Below are positions 63,630-64,000 of a stretch of DNA of 64,000 bases, in pieces. The number at the start of each line of letters is the position of its first letter. The first letter of the stretch is position 1. The position numbers were made by a program, and so were the translations under genes. This stretch comes from Octopus bimaculoides (Eukaryota): assembly GCF_001194135.2 (NCBI RefSeq), contig NC_068986.1, positions 294,394 to 358,393 of the forward strand, read 5' to 3'. The notes below the pieces were generated by a model that searched no databases, was not told the origin of the DNA, and worked only from the letters and a program-made list of their open reading frames with translations.

Positions 63630-63757
63630 ATTTATATAATGAAAGATACATTTCTTTTATTAGCCACACAGGGCTCAACGAAGATGGGACAAATACAATG
63701 TAGAGCTTTTCTTTTTGGGAGGGGGGAGGAAGGGGAAAAAAAAAAAAATGGTGGTGT

Positions 63758-63849
63758 CGATCAAAAGGGATCGTAGGAAGGGAAAAAGGGAGAGTTCGAT
63801 CAAAAGGGATCGAAAAAAAAGAAAAGGAAAGGCCGATCAATAGGGATCG
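63758..63849. repeat. Three spaced copies of a 16-nt hairpin-forming motif CGATCAA(A/T)AGGGATCG
   Basis: Copies at 63758-63773, 63797-63812 and 63834-63849, separated by dissimilar purine-rich spacers of 23 and 21 nt. Confidence 0.9.
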
Positions 63850-64000
63850 TGTATCACACAGTAATGTTCTCGTGTAAAAAGAGGGGAGGACAGTTTAGGT
63901 TTAGCCGTGGAAGGAAAAGCCTACGGAAAAGACCACGGTAACCTTGGTCAATATTCTCATTGAAGAAACTATAACAGTAAGTGACTCTCTTTTGCCTTTT
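63850..64000 (-). mobile_element. Possible Penelope-like element 3' coding end
   Basis: Frameshifted AKESHLL / NENI / TKVTVVFS / STAKPKLSS loosely resembles the PLE C-terminal L.ES..I...N.LN.R.E..S.C.H..K.KL pattern; truncated by the window edge. Confidence 0.35.

Overview
Eukaryotic, AT-rich, repeat-dominated DNA from a gapped draft assembly. There are eight N-gaps, most abutting microsatellites. The repeat landscape resembles a coleoid cephalopod (Octopus-like) genome; this is an inference from pattern recognition, not a database search. No complete protein-coding gene, rRNA, CRISPR array or prokaryotic system can be supported. Most ORFs in the supplied track are microsatellite or N-gap artefacts, or transposon remnants. 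Supported content: (1) six Tc1/mariner remnants (four DD34D mariner-type, two maT/DD37D-type) plus a mariner-type MITE; (2) 3' fragments of L1/Tx1, Jockey/CR1-like and R4/Dong-like LINEs; (3) a Penelope-like GIY-YIG remnant; (4) a probable Helitron RepHel N-terminus running into a gap; (5) dozens of copies of about three SINE families, two copies with clear target-site duplications; (6) a decayed tRNA-Val(TAC)-like sequence. The most interesting observation is two minus-strand minimal type I hammerhead-ribozyme motifs: 18121-18166 with an intact core, and 16719-16755 with one core change. Both have the palindromic ACGU stem III typical of dimerising, Penelope/retrozyme-associated hammerheads. 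A few AG/GT-bounded open segments may be exons of unidentified host genes and are reported at low confidence.
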